Source: the human T2T-CHM13v2.0 reference genome, Homo sapiens
Reading direction: 5' to 3' (one strand)
Length of the DNA: 64,000 nucleotides
Assembly: GCF_009914755.1 (NCBI RefSeq)
Contig: NC_060930.1
The notes under the pieces are model-generated. The model saw only the letters and a program-made list of their open reading frames with translations. It was not told where the DNA came from and did no database searches. Made by a program: the position numbers and the translations under genes. Position 1 is the first letter of the stretch, and each line of letters opens with the position of its first letter. Below, piece by piece: positions 45,498 to 58,966 of this stretch.

Positions 45498-47619
45498 ATG
45501 AAAGCTTCCAATAGGTGATTAAAGATGGCTCAGAGTTATTAGCACATTAAGGATGTCTTGACCTTCCATATACACTCTGTTTAAAAGAGCCAAAAAAAAA
45601 AAAAAAACTGACGACTTTACTTATTTCATTGGTGAGGCATGTAATATGTTCCATGTGTGGCTAAGTAGGGCTCTGATTTGGAATGGAAGGTTCTATCTCC
45701 GTAGTTTGAAGCTAAGGGAAACTTACAGACACCTGCAAGTCCTTTTGTTGTTTCTCAAATGACAAGAATTGCGATGGAGAGGCTTGAAACAAAAGTAACT
45801 TCAGTTGATGTGGCAGCTTAAGAGTCAACAGCCTAATGTCATGGCTTTTATGAAAAATAGGATATAACATTAGAGAGGCAATAGCCAATTTCTCATTTAT
45901 GTCACAGATCTAACCATCGTGATTCCTCTGATCCCAGGCTTTGCCTTCCTCCCTGCTACCGCACATGGATTTGTACAAACTCGCTTTACTGAATCCGTTT
46001 TCTCTCTCCTGGAATATTGCTTTTGTGAAAACAATGTCAGTCTTGCCATTCAGTCCGTTGATAATTTGTCATCGCTTGGCCAGATCTTGTGGGGATTCAT
46101 GATTTGTCAAACAAATGTAGTTATTCAGAAAACATGTTTGCTTTCATGGTGTTTTATTTGCTGTATGTTTTCTGTTAAGTATATTTCAAATAATTGATAA
46201 CATGTTTGGGAAATGATACATAACATTGTATAAACATCTGTGTCTTAGTTGTGAATGTCCAGATATTTGTTCTACAGGAGTAACTTTTACTGATAACTTA
46301 ACATCATATGCTTTGAAATTGTTAAGTGCATAGATATACAGAAAAATGCAAATAATGTTAACACCTTAATGTTAAAATATATCATTTTTGTAGGATATAC
46401 TGGCTTCTGAAGCTCATGTCTCTCACTGTTTCTTTTATTCTGCTGTAGAAATTTAGCACTACTTGTATGATTAAGTGTTGTGATGATGAAAGCTAATAAA
46501 GGGCATTTTGTTTGATTCTTACTGGCAGATTCCCCTGCACATTGGCGGAGAGGATGAGGCATCTTTAGGCAGCACGTGCTCTGGTCTTAACGCGTTTGAG
46601 TTAGTAGTATTTCTTTAATTGTCCAATTTGTTTTATGTTACCAGGTGGTTTTGATTAATGATCCAAAAGAGGTGAATTTGTGTACAGAAGAGAGAAAGAA
46701 TTATAACTGAGATGGTTGCATTTAGGTCAGTAGAAATACATAATCTTGTTACTGATGCAACATTTATTCTTTCCATATTGAGGGGGATGAAGTAGCTAAT
46801 TAAAATTCCAACACTTCCTTTCTCCTTTTCGATCTTTCTAAATACTTGTAAAAGTCTACAGAACCATGAAGGAAATGATTTTATTTCCAGACACTATGGA
46901 GATTCATCAAAAACAGCTTCAATGCTAGCAAGTACTGTGAGGTACAAACAATTGTCTTTGAGTACAGCTGTTTTTCTCCAGCCTTTTCAGGAGTGGAAAG
47001 CAATTGGCTCTTTCCTGCCCTGCATCAGAAGTGAAGGAGCCTAAAATATGTGTCCCCATCATTTCTGTTGTTTTAAAAAATATTTTTGTTTAAACAGTTT
47101 TTCTTTCTTTTACTTAGCACAAATATAGTGCTTACTATCTGTCAAGAAGCACTCTAAGTGCTTTACACATATGTACTCCTTTCCTTCTCCTTTCTCTTTT
47201 ATGGCTTTTTGTCCCTTTTTCTTTGTTTCAAATGCCTTTACCTTACTGATTTATGAACAAAAATCTTTCTTTCAGTATTGGATAAATTCAAATAGTGCAT
47301 AGATCTCTCGTAGGATGTATTTATGCTTAAAACAATGAAGGGGATATCTGTGTAAAGAGAGTGGGAAGGTCTGTGGAGTTCCTGGATGGCAAACATAGTC
47401 ACTTATCCCTGCACCCACTTTATATTTTGGTCAGATTTGGCTTTTTCTTTTCCTAATGTCATCCCTCCATGTAGTTTTACTTGTGAATTGAAAGGCTTCA
47501 CAGTGAAATAAAGTTGAAGAAATACTGCCTCTAGTAATCATCTTTCCAGGAAATTACAATGCATGCATGTGGATTAAAAGATTCCACAATAAATAAATCA
47601 GTTTTTAGTAAGGTGGGTC

Positions 47620-48190
47620 ATCAAAAAACTAAAAATAGAATCACCATAGGATCCATCAAGTCCACTTCTGGGTATATATCCAAAAGAATTGGAGGCCGGG
47701 ACTCGCACAAATACGTGTACACCCATGTTCATAGCAACATTATTCACAATAGCTGAAAGGTAGAAGCAACCCACGTGTCCTTTGATGAATGAATGAATAA
47801 GCAAAGTGTGGCAGACACATACGGCCTTAAAAAGGAAGGAAATCCTGACACGTGCTACAACATGGATGATCCTTGAAAACTTCTGCTAAGTGAAATAAGC
47901 CAGTCATTATATTGTATAATTCCACCTGCATGAGGTACCTACAGTAGTAAAATTCACGGGGATGGAAAGTAAAATGATGTTTCCCAGGAGCCAGGGGAAG
48001 GAAGTGATGGGGAGTTACTGTTAAAGGGGTACAGAGTTTTGCTTTGGGGAGATGAAAATATTCTGGAGCTGGTTAGAGGGATGTTTGCACAACAGTGTGA
48101 AAGTGCTTAATGCCATTGAACTGGACACTTAAAATTGCTAAGATGGTACATTTTATGAGATGTATTCAACCACAATTTAAAAAAATAGAA
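47620..48190 (+). mobile_element. L1MB-type 3' end
   Basis: ccacttctgggtatatatccaaaagaattg..atgccattgaactggacacttaaaa. Confidence 0.9.
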
Positions 48191-48679
48191 AAAGGAGAAA
48201 CCTTTTGTAACCTAGAATTTTCTACTTTGTTTGACCATGAAACATGTTTTTAAGAAACAGTTATTAACATTTGGAGGAATAGTTGGAACACAGTTATGAA
48301 AAACCTTGTGTGTACACCCAGCATTGCATTTAATTAATGTGAGCTGTAAAAATTTTACTTTCTTGCCTAAAACCTATGACTCACATGACAGTTGAAACTC
48401 TTTGCTTATATACAAGCCTACCTGATATTTGAGCATAACTGTATGATTAAGTCCTCAACTTAAACAGTGGCTCCAAATTAAGAAAAAATGTGGCAGTAAA
48501 AATCTATACAACTTGATGATGGGTGAAATGAGGAAAGAAAATAGTTAAAGATAATCCACAAGTTTTAATTGGAGTACCTGGTAGATGCAGCTGCCATCAA
48601 ACCAAAGGAGTTAGGAAGAGCAAGGGGTAATGAGACTTGCTTTGGTCATGTTGATGAGCTTTTTTGGGTGCTGTTAGAG

Positions 48680-50650
48680 CTACAGGACAACAAATAATTA
48701 TGATCAGGGCCACAGAAGACAAGGAACTTTGGGATCAAGGGCAAAAACTAAAGGGTTAACCTCGGAAAAAGATGGATGGATTCTCTCATACTTAAATAAG
48801 AATATCAAAATTCCTTTTTCTAAGGTGATTCTACAGCTAATGAAATGAAATGGAAGTAGCAGAGAAAAATAATACATTGGTAAGAATTCCTGGACTGCAT
48901 CCTCTTACTTTGAACAGTTTTCTTTGATTTTAGGCCTTTTTATTTTTCCATTTTGAGAAACTCTGTTTAAAGAATACACTTTAAGGACTTTAATTGCACC
49001 TATTATTATAAAGGCAGTCAGAGAAATTAGGACAGTGATTTTAAAATAATTCCTTCTGACTTTCCATACCCTCATAATGAAAGCTATACCAAAAAAATTC
49101 GTCTTCACATGTTGGTCATAAAGAATGCAACAGTTTATATTCAGACAAGAGAACAAAAGGCATCTTTGATCTCTGGAGTAAATTATTCAAAATGCCATAG
49201 CCTTGCACCAAATGAGTTAAAATTGCCTAGTTTTGTTCACAGTTTAAGATATAATACTTGTTACAGGAAGACATTATCAAGTTTAGAGTAAAGGAAAAAA
49301 TGATATTCATGCTGAGTCTGTTACTACATGACAGACAACAATCGTGGAATTTGAATGTGTAAATGAGGATGGACGACAGGGCCTATGTCCCTTAGGTATA
49401 GTGCTTAGCACGATGCTGAGTACACAGTAGGTGCTCAAAAAATATTTGTTGAACAAATGGATCAATGATTGAATTGGTTTCTGAAGGTTAAGAACTGTTA
49501 TCATCAAAGAGCTGAGCTGCAATGAAATGTGTATCCTGAGTGCACTTTAATATTTTCACTGATATCTAAGAGTTAGGGGAGGGATCCCGGGGTGGAAAGA
49601 GTGTTAGCACTCAGGAGAGAAAGGGATGGTTTAGTGTACTTCCACAAAGGTCAGTCATGGGGAGTATTAATTGTCAGGGAGACTAAAAAACATTTGGGCT
49701 GAATGTCAGGGGAAGTTTTTGAAGAGTAAAGTGTGTTAAACTACACAACACAGCCAGAGGTAAAGACCCAAGGGAATGGATGGAAGTCTCAATGGCTGAA
49801 CAATTTACAAGGAGACTGAACCCAGTCCTAGAGAAGTGGGTGGGGACTTAGACAGTTTGGAGGGTATGCATTAGAAGAGCTTTCAGGTTTTTATGTTGTC
49901 TCTGTTGTGAACGACTATGTTGGAGTTTTCCAAAATGCAAAAAAAAAAAAAAAAAAAAAAAAAGGCATGTGTGTGGAAGGGTCTTTGCAATTTGGAGAAT
50001 ATTACAGTGTATAACAATGCTAAAAGGAGCTTGTGTATTTCAAAAATGATGCTATCATCAGGTAAGATTCTAGAAGGACGAGCAAGAAGCAGATGATTCA
50101 TTCTGTAGTGCTTTGAAATGGTGTATTTATCAACTATTCATATAATTAAATATAAATGTCTACAACAAAGGAATAGAGTCCAATTCTAATTAGAAAAAGT
50201 GAATTAGTGAATTCCTTTCAGGTCTATGATTCTCAGAAAATTAAATTTGAGGACAGTGATGCCACATAGCTTAAAAGTACTCAAAATCTCTAATGTCCCC
50301 TGGAGCTAAAAATCCTCTAAAATCAGCCTACATAATGAAGCCTTTGTTATAGCTCAAATTTGCTTATATTATATATAGAGAGTGCTTTGTGCTGCATATT
50401 TAGTAAGTTAATTTTAAAAGTTGAGCTATTCTCATCCAGGAAGTGAAATTGCAGGTCACTTCATAGAACCCAATAAGGAATTTTGTTACAGAGTGAAAAT
50501 ACTTTTAGCTAAAGAAAGTTCAACTCAACTCCACTACAAATCTACTGCCTTCAACTTCCTGGTGCTATTATCTAAATTCACTTGTTATTTTAAGAAGGCC
50601 CACCGCAAAAGAAATAATATCTTTTCCAAATTATTGCTTAAATAATTTAA
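48680..50650 (+). pseudogene. Degenerate extended-Tudor repeats, block C (about 3 units)
   Basis: GQQIIMIRATEDKELW/SRAKTKGL (48685-48760), then RIPGLHPL..AFLFF.EKLCLKNTL. ORF 49109-49291 VIKNATVYIQ..YNTCYRK. ORF 50421-50645 HPGSEIAGHFIEPNKEFCYRVKILL..QLHY. Confidence 0.7.
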
Positions 50651-51589
50651 TGAAGGCATGTGATTGATTTCATGGGACAATAGTATTTGTGGGAATATAT
50701 TTGTATGTCATCAGTTTTACAGATAGTTAAATATATAGATATAGATACACATTTAAGAGAGAAGGACAGGGAGACAGAGAGAGAGAAGAGGGAAGAAAGA
50801 ACTGAGATAGCAATTTTGAATTAACTAGAGCCTTTCTGGTGACTCATGACCCAACAGTGGGTTTTTTTTCTTTGGTTAATGAATATATCATATGGGGAAT
50901 CTTTTTAACATTTGACTTTGCTAAATAAATAAAATTAACATTTTTAATATTTTAAGTACATCATATAAAAACTGCCAGAAAGATTATTATCAATTATAGG
51001 CAAAGTTTTAGGTGGTCTGACTTGAAATAATTTTGGTCATCCATGAGATGATCAAAATTAATGTTATGGAATTTTTGTATTTCCAGGGTGAGTCATGATT
51101 GAGGAGTCAGAGAGAGGGACTCAGAAGAAGAAATTGTAGTGGTAAGAAGAGTCAGGAGGGCTAAGCCCTCTTGCAGTTCTGAAGGCCCACTGGACATTTC
51201 CCCATAGAGGTCTCAATGGCAACTTAAAAATCAATCTTATCTTCTCTATCAAAGGCACTGCTCCTCTTCTAGTCCCTGTTATAGTTAATGCTAACCAAAT
51301 CTACTAGGTGCCCAACTGAAAACTTTAAAGTGAAAGCAGATGGAGCTTGAGGGTCATGTGCCCTCACCACTGGCAGTGATCTTCCATGCCTCTCTGGGGG
51401 CCAGAGAGACAACGCTGGTTTCCAGAATGCCAGCGCGCAATCACTTCAGTTTGTAAGTGTTGATTTGAATGCAAACTACTTTGAATGAAAATGTAACTGG
51501 TGTTTACAAGAAGTATCTACAGGATGATAATAACCACTTTTTTTTCCCCTTAAACCAAACTATACCTCATCTTGGGTAATTTATGAATT

Positions 51590-54500
51590 GCGATTATGAA
51601 AGGTGATAATAAATAATATGGATTTTTACTAAATTTTTACTCAACTTTCTCACCTGTGCTTTATCATCTTCAGTTAGCAATAAAATTTTATGAGTTGAAA
51701 AATGACAGTATCTTTGACAATCCCTAATTTTTTGACCGACTTTGACCTTGTGTACCAAACAACTTTCTTGAGGATAAGAGTAACAGTAGATTCTCTGTTG
51801 AGTTTCCCCACAGGCCTGTCTATAGCAGAGCTGTGGCTCCTGCAGTTTTATCATGCTCACTCCCAATTCCATCAACAGTGCCATCAATTATTCTTTATGT
51901 CACGATACTAAGACAATCAGTGATTTCCAAGACTTTTCAAGCTTACCCATTTCAAAGATTAGGTGTCCTGGTTTTCTTTTCTGGGCAATGACTCTATATT
52001 TTAGATACTTTAGTTTAAGTGTTCAGAGATTGCCAGGTTCTCCTTTGACCTTGTTTTGTTTATAATGAGATGAAGACACTTTGGCGTAAAGAACTCTGAG
52101 AAGGCTGACTGAATTAGGAACATAAATTAGAATAGTCCCATAATTGTATTATTATATTATATTACATATAATAATATTGAGTTCCATAATACTTCCATCA
52201 TACATAATAATAATGATATTATCTTATTTATGTTTTCTTGTACCATGAATGTAGAAAGAAAAGCGTGTCCCGTGGGAGAGTTCTCTTTTTGGCTTTTTCC
52301 ACAGAAAAAACAAAGAACATTCTAAGAGCTTCAATATCTAGTGAAATGCATTATCTTTTGTGAACAAAGAGGAAATTTGCCTTTAACTTAAATAATATTT
52401 TGGCATTAAAATAGAAGGCTGTAAGAGTGGCTTTCAGAAACCCTATCTTACCTAAGGTTATGAAACGATAATGGCATCTGCCCAACCTGTTTGATAACCT
52501 ACTTTCTTACAACAGAACCAGTAGGCATGTCCCTAGGTAAGCCACCAGTTTCCAATCCTACCCACCATCCTTGACTAAAATTAATTTCATTGCTTAGAAC
52601 AAGAGCAATGACAGAGATACAAGAATGAAAACACAACAAAAATGTGAAATAACAGTGACTTTTTATTTCCAAGTCATTGGGTTGGGTAATATATTTGGGA
52701 AGTTTGTGCATACCCTGATTCTTATCTAAAAATGGATTTCTTATATCTGCAGAACAAGTTTAAGGCCACTGTTCCCCAGTTCTACCCCCAGACATGCTAG
52801 CTCTGCCATTGTACTAGGGGCTGCCTGTGTTTCCTGGGGAACAGCCATTTGGTGTTCCTTTAAAGACAACATGAACCGTTAGAGAAAAATCAAGCTGAAT
52901 TCACCAGCTCAGAGACATCTGACAGTCACAAAAGCTCTCTTCTTGCTTTCATGTTCCTGGGAAGCCCTGGCTTTCAGTACTCTATGGTGACCCATCTTAC
53001 AGAGCTCACGAAAGCATGGTTTGGTGTGGGAATGATGCTGACAGGACCGCCCGCACGTTGGCTGTCACTCCAGGCCCGTCTTCACTCAAAGGCCATCTAT
53101 TCTCCACTGCCCATCTGCAATTAGTGCTCGTTGGCTCTGTGGAATTTATCTCTCCAGATTTTCTAGCTGTAATTATAGTTTCTCATTTACAATGGAACAT
53201 TACACTCTTTTTGGAGCTACTTCATATACTTGGCAGCCGACTAAGGTGATCATATGTCCTGTTTCTCTTTCTTTCTGTCTTTCTTTTAAAACCGGGACAG
53301 GTCTTTGTTTTTGCTGAAGTTTGCTGTTTCTCCTTGTTACTGATGTGCAGCCTCCTTTGTGCTGACAGCCAAGAAAATTCTGGACCGCTGCCCTGTTTGC
53401 CTCCAGAGACTGATGCAAAGTCTTCAAAGTAAAGTCAGTGGGTTTTTTTCAAAATAGAGTTTACTAGAAACAAGACATCTTCATGCTTATGAGGACCTTG
53501 CTCTCCACTGCAAAACTTTCAAAGACTGACAGGCTGGACTTGGCCTCTCTGAGGTTTGCAAACGTACTTGAAACCACTTGAAAAAAAAAATGGTTTCAGC
53601 AACGGCAACAATGAGGTTAAGACTCAGTTTTATTTTAGTTTAGTTTTTCATTTGGCATGACAAAAATGTTAAAAAATATTTTCAGTTGAATGTTCTTCAG
53701 GCAGACCCTGAAGACGACTTTTGGTCAGTTCTCAGTAAAAGTGTGATCATGAAATAATTGTTTAAGCAAAATTCCCTCAAGCCTATGTATTTTGCTGCTG
53801 TCATGGAACAGAGTATCTAGTTGCATGTGATAGGCTTTGGCTGCATGAATTATTACGGCTCCTTCTCTTATACTCAGTGCTCACAAGGTGTGTTGTTGTC
53901 GTTTCCTGAAGCCTGCACACATGATCGCTGCCTTATTTACCTAAGAACTGATCTACCTAATCACTGAGACACAAACAAACATATCATCCACTCCTCTCCT
54001 CCAGACCATTTGAATACGTTATCCATTTATTTGGTGTTTGGCTTAGGTCTAAATGAGTCATTTAATAACCCCTGTTCACAGCAAGTTAAGTTGCAACCAG
54101 CTGGCATCCACAACTCACAGGATTGTTAACCGTTCCAACCAGGATCAGAAACTGCACTCCAGCCTTCCTGAAGGGCATTATGCAGCTTTGCTCCAGCTAT
54201 CATGGCAGGAGTTTCAAGCAAATCTGTGCTTTAGGTAATAAAATGGCCACAAGAACTATAAGGGTTTTGGAAAATAGATGTCAGTGTCAATTCTAAGGTC
54301 TAGAAAGGCCATTGATAAAGCTGTTTGAAGCTGATTATCATCATAGACTGAGAGCCTCCATTCCCCTCCTGAGGCCTTTGGGCACTCCACAAGAAGCACG
54401 ACTGCCTTAATCCACATAAAGGTCATTTTGTATGAAAGGTCAGTGGCACTCAAGAATGCAGGAGAGATGACAGAGTGGTCAGAAGAAAGACTAAATGCTT

Positions 54501-55800
54501 CCACATAAACTGCATTCTTTGTATTTTTAAGGACATCGGCAGTCTACTCTTTTTTCCAATGGCACCACTTTCTAACATATCTAATTAATTATTTATTATG
54601 CTTATTGTTTATGGTCTGTCTGCCTCTTCACCCTACCTCCCATTCCCCACCTGGAATTCCGAAACCCAATTCTCTGCCCTCATTAGCCCACCTGACATAT
54701 GGGAGGCACTCAAAAAAATGATTGAATGACTATATGGAGTGTATTCTTATTTTTAAAAACTGAAAAAAAATGAAGAAATGTATAAAAATATAAAGAAATA
54801 TATAATTAAAAATATTAATTTCTCCTAACTTACTAAACAATTTCATTAACATTTTGAAAAGGCACATATACTATGAATCTATGCATAAATGTGTATATAT
54901 CAAAACTGCTATTTATCAAAGCCCCTCCCTCGTTTATTTTGAGAATCCCCAAAGGGATGCATGCTTCCATCTCTCAGCTTCAGTCAGTCTGCATCAGTGG
55001 TTCTTAGCTGGGGTTGTTTGGCCCACCCTCCAATCCTCACCCACCCACCACCATCAGGACACTTGGCAATTTCTGGAGACATTTTTGGCTGCCACTACTG
55101 GGGTAGGCACGCTGCTGGCATCTAGTAGGTAGAGGCCAGGGATGTTGTTAAATTTCCGACATCGCACAGGACAGTCTCCATTGCTTCTACCATCAAAGAG
55201 TTATCCAACTCAAAATGTCAATGCTGCTGAGGCCAAGAGGCCAATCTGCATTCTTCCTTTCTTGTTCCGGCTCCCTCTGGTCCTGTTCCCAAGTCTGTGT
55301 GGCCTTGCCATGATGTCTCCTTCTGATGCCTTTCTACTCATTACAGCAAGACCAGTGCCCTTGCTGAGGGTGCCATCTCCACATCCTCTCAGCGTTTGCA
55401 GTCCACAGATGGCTGGTGCCAAGTGGGCATCCATGCAAAAACAATAAGAAGTGCCTCCTCACCACCTCTGAGCTCTGCACATGGCCTCCATGACCCATAG
55501 GCAGCTGTGTTTGTGCCCAGAGACTCAAAGAGGTTGACTTCTGACCCATCATTCATCATTCAGGGCTTCACTAAGTTTGTCATGAAAAACAGTTTTGGTT
55601 CTCATTTCTCTAAATGTTAGAGTTCAAAGTTGGTTCAAGGAGCCAGCTCAGAGACCATTAACTTGAGTGACATTTTTCTCCTAATAAGGCCCTTCCTAAC
55701 TTGAAACTACAGGTCCCTCTCCAGCTCCCCTTTGTAAGAATGTGAATTGGAAGATTCTGGGAGAAAAGAGCAAAGGTGGGTAGAAAGCTTTCTGCAAAGC
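51590..55800 (-). pseudogene. Degenerate extended-Tudor repeats, block D (inverted; about 6 units)
   Basis: ORF 54256-54504 VISPAF..ECPKASGGEWR..AFLDL, followed after a frameshift by LLPKAQICL../DSWSKAA. VGTVNNPVSCGCQLV (~54142->54098)..IHRLEGIL..VFRVCLKNIQLKIFF. RALIADG..PCFRELCKM (53130->52990). YWFCCKKV../RFITLGK..IEALRMFF (52525->52310). ORF 51594-51887 KVGQ..KILLLTEDDKAQV. QGHWSC../TDLGT (~55360->55285). Confidence 0.65.
54995..55238 (+). mobile_element. MER20
   Basis: cagtggttct..tggagacatttttgg..ctggcatctagtaggtagaggccagggatg. Confidence 0.88.
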
Positions 55801-55859
55801 AGTGTTTCCCCCTGGCCTTTCAAAAATGTCCAATGTGTTTACTTTTGCTTAGGAGAATG

Positions 55860-57660
55860 AGAATCCATTTTTCTCATTAATGTTTTCTATTTTTTTAGAT
55901 ATAAAGGAAAGCTGTTAATTTTTATTTACTCAAATCCTCTTTCATATCTTGCAATAGCCTCATAAAATTTAATTTACTTAACTTTCTCCTTTTCTTAAAT
56001 AAACGTATTCCTGAGAGTTTTGTGCCTTGGGTTGCTATTGTGAATGATGTTTTAAAAATTATATATTTAAATATTTTGCAACTGTAATATCTGTGTCTCT
56101 ATAAATCTAAATAGCTATATATTGTGTATGCAATCACTTTTAAAATTATTTTATTAATGAGAAAACTTCTTCAATTAATTATCTTAGATTTTCTAGGTGA
56201 ACGCTTATATTACCTGAAAATAGTGATAATTTGTTTTTTCATTTTCAGTACCGTGTTAGCCTATGAAACACCTTTGTACAAAAATAGGATTTAAAAATGC
56301 TTTATCTAGGCAGATATCTCAATATGAGTGAGTGGCTTGAAGCCTTTATAAAAATTTGAACAGAGTGCTCCTTCTTCAGGGTTGATGCAGCCCCACCCCA
56401 CGCAGTACACAGTGTGTTGAGAAGAGCAGTGGCTGTATTTCAGCTCTCACTTGCCTCTTGCCTGGAGCCCTAGACCAGGAACAACCCACTAAGATGTAGG
56501 AGGTGGTCCCACCCAGACCACATAATTTGCTTCTTTTCTTTTCTATTTTATGATTTATTGCTTTGGTCAAAATTTATAGAAAAAGGTAAATTAGTAATGG
56601 TGATAGCAGTTAACTAGTTTTTTTTCACTATTATTGAGAATGCATTTAGGATTTCACTATTAACTACGCTGACTTGAGATAGATACTTGCAGATTTGAGA
56701 TATTCAATAGTAATATGAGTTGGTTTCACCTGCATAAACAAATTAATGGTTTTTCTATTTTGCAATAGTGACCAATTAGAAAATGGAAAATAGATCCCAT
56801 TAATGACAGCAAAAAACATATTAACTAGAAATAAACTTAGGAAGAAATGTGCATTATATATATGAAGATCACAAAACTTTATTGTCGAACATTAAAACAA
56901 GCTTTAATTAGTGGAACAACATACTAATTTCTAGTTGAAAGGACTCAAACTTGCAAAGATAATGAATTCTCCATAAACTAATATGTAAGTTCAATGCATT
57001 ACAAATACAAATCCCAGGAGGACTTTTATGTAAACTGATAAGCCGATTCTGAAGTTCATCTGGCAGAGTAAGTGCTTGAGTCTAATTCATAGCTAATACA
57101 CTTCAAAAGGGGGTACTTGCCCTACGAAGATTCAACATATGTAAACTATAGTAATTTTGAAAGTGTAGCACTGGTACAGGAAAGACAAATGCATCAGTCT
57201 TATTGAAGAGAGTCTAGAAATATATATGTGTGTTGGTGTTTGTAAAAATTCACATATATATATGTTAGCTTTCCAAATCAATGGGAAAATATAGACTACT
57301 GAATAAATGAACAGTATTAAAATAATTTTCTATCAATCTAAAATAAAATTGGCATTTCCATCTCATATCACACACATAAAATACCAAATGGATTTAAGAC
57401 CTAAGTGTAACAAATTAAGTTATGAAAGAATTGGAATAAAACATGAGAGATTTATGTATACATATTATTTAGGATATGCTAAGGTTTTCTCAAGAAGGAT
57501 ATGAAATCTAGAAGCAATCTAGAAGCAAGGTATGAAAAATAGAGCTTTAACTATTAAAAAATGTTAAAACTGGTAGTAGGAAGATAACCTAAAACATGAA
57601 GACAGTGCAGATTAAAGACAGAAATGAAAACACCGAGCTTGCATAGAAGGCAAAGAGTTG
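55860..57660. mobile_element. Old L1ME ORF2 fragments; minus strand to ~56700, plus strand from ~56720
   Basis: T-rich then A-rich L1 ORF2-like text, with an unassigned insert at ~56250-56520. Confidence 0.65.
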
Positions 57661-57664
57661 ACAT

Positions 57665-57878
57665 TTATATATATATAATATATCATATATAAAAATATAT
57701 GATATATAATATATAATATATGATATATAATATATAAATCATATATAATATATGATATAATATATATTTAATATATTATATATAATATCATATATAATAT
57801 ATGATATAATATATATTTAATATATTATATATAATATCATATATATAATATATGATATATATATTTTATATACATATA
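57665..57878. repeat. AT-rich minisatellite with a 49-bp period
   Basis: atcatatataatatatgatataat.. starts at 57738, 57787 and 57836. Confidence 0.85.
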
Positions 57879-58124
57879 TGAAGCTCTCCCACAAAGTAAT
57901 TAAATTTAAAGCACATTGAGAAGGGCATTATATGAGTAATCTCTTAATCGTCAAAACAGATAAAGAATTGATGCCCAGAGAAGTCAAGTAACTTGCTCAA
58001 GGTCACATAGCTTCCAAGTAGTGGAGGCTGGATTTGAATGCAGGGAGTCTCTCTATAGCTGAAACAAACACCATGATTTCCTGCCTCCTCAAACTGATAC
58101 TAACCAATATTGGGGAATTTGGGG

Positions 58125-58391
58125 AGCACTTTGGGAGGCCGAGGCGGGTGGATCACCTGAGGTCAGGAGTTTCAGACCAGGCTGGCCAACATGATGAAAC
58201 CCCATCTCTACTAAAAATACAAAAATTAGCCAGGCATGGTGGCAGGCACTTGTAATCCTGGCTACTTGGGAGTCTGAGGCATGAGAATCTCTTGAACCCA
58301 GGAGGCGGAAGTTGCAGTGAGCCGAGATTGTGCCACTGCACTCCAGCCTGGGCGACAAAGTAAGACTTAGTATCAAAAAAAAAAAAAAAAA
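58125..58391 (+). mobile_element. AluS, 5'-truncated by ~30 nt
   Basis: Begins agcactttgggagg; A-tail present. Confidence 0.92.
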
Positions 58392-58531
58392 AGTTCTCGT
58401 ATATTGCATGAGTCGAAATTGACACAAACTTCTTGAAAGAAAGTTTGATAATCACTTTAAACATTTATTACCTAAATTATGTTTAACCTTTAAATCAATA
58501 ATTCCCTTGTATTCACCAGTTTGTTAAATAT

Positions 58532-58966
58532 GGAGTTATTTAATTACGCACCAAAAACACTACAAATAAGGCCATGGCATAGAAACATACAAGGATGTTT
58601 ATTAAATTTAATTTAACAAAGACTAATTATACAAATTGACTTTACTGGTAATGCCCCTCAAACTTTTTAAGTAATAGCTAATATCATCACCACATAGATT
58701 TTTTTCAAAGCATATAAAAATAATGAAAATCTACCAAGTGCATTTTATAAAACCAGCATAACTCTTCAGCAACCAAATCTAACAAAAATGTTACAGAAAA
58801 ATTATAGACCCATTTTGTATATGAAAATAGAGTTAAATATGGGATTATTTAGTTACACACCAAGTATGTTACAAATCATACCATGGCATACAAACATAAA
58901 TACATCCTTCTGTGTTTCTATGCCATGGCACGATTTGTAATGTATTTGGTGTGTAATTTGATAATA
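58532..58966. mobile_element. Palindromic MITE-like element (58841-58966) plus an extra direct arm (58532-58603)
   Basis: Arms aattacacaccaaatacattacaaatc..gccatggcatagaaaca; family not firmly recognised. Confidence 0.7.

Noticed and set aside
49470-50235. Possible CR1/L3-like element inside block C
   Set aside because: It ends in ctatgattct, but the body is too diverged to call by eye, so it was not used for dating.
51645-51660. cag|gtgaga splice donor ending a minus-strand exon
   Set aside because: A single donor-like motif. Domain spacing elsewhere indicates no introns, so it cannot be distinguished from chance.
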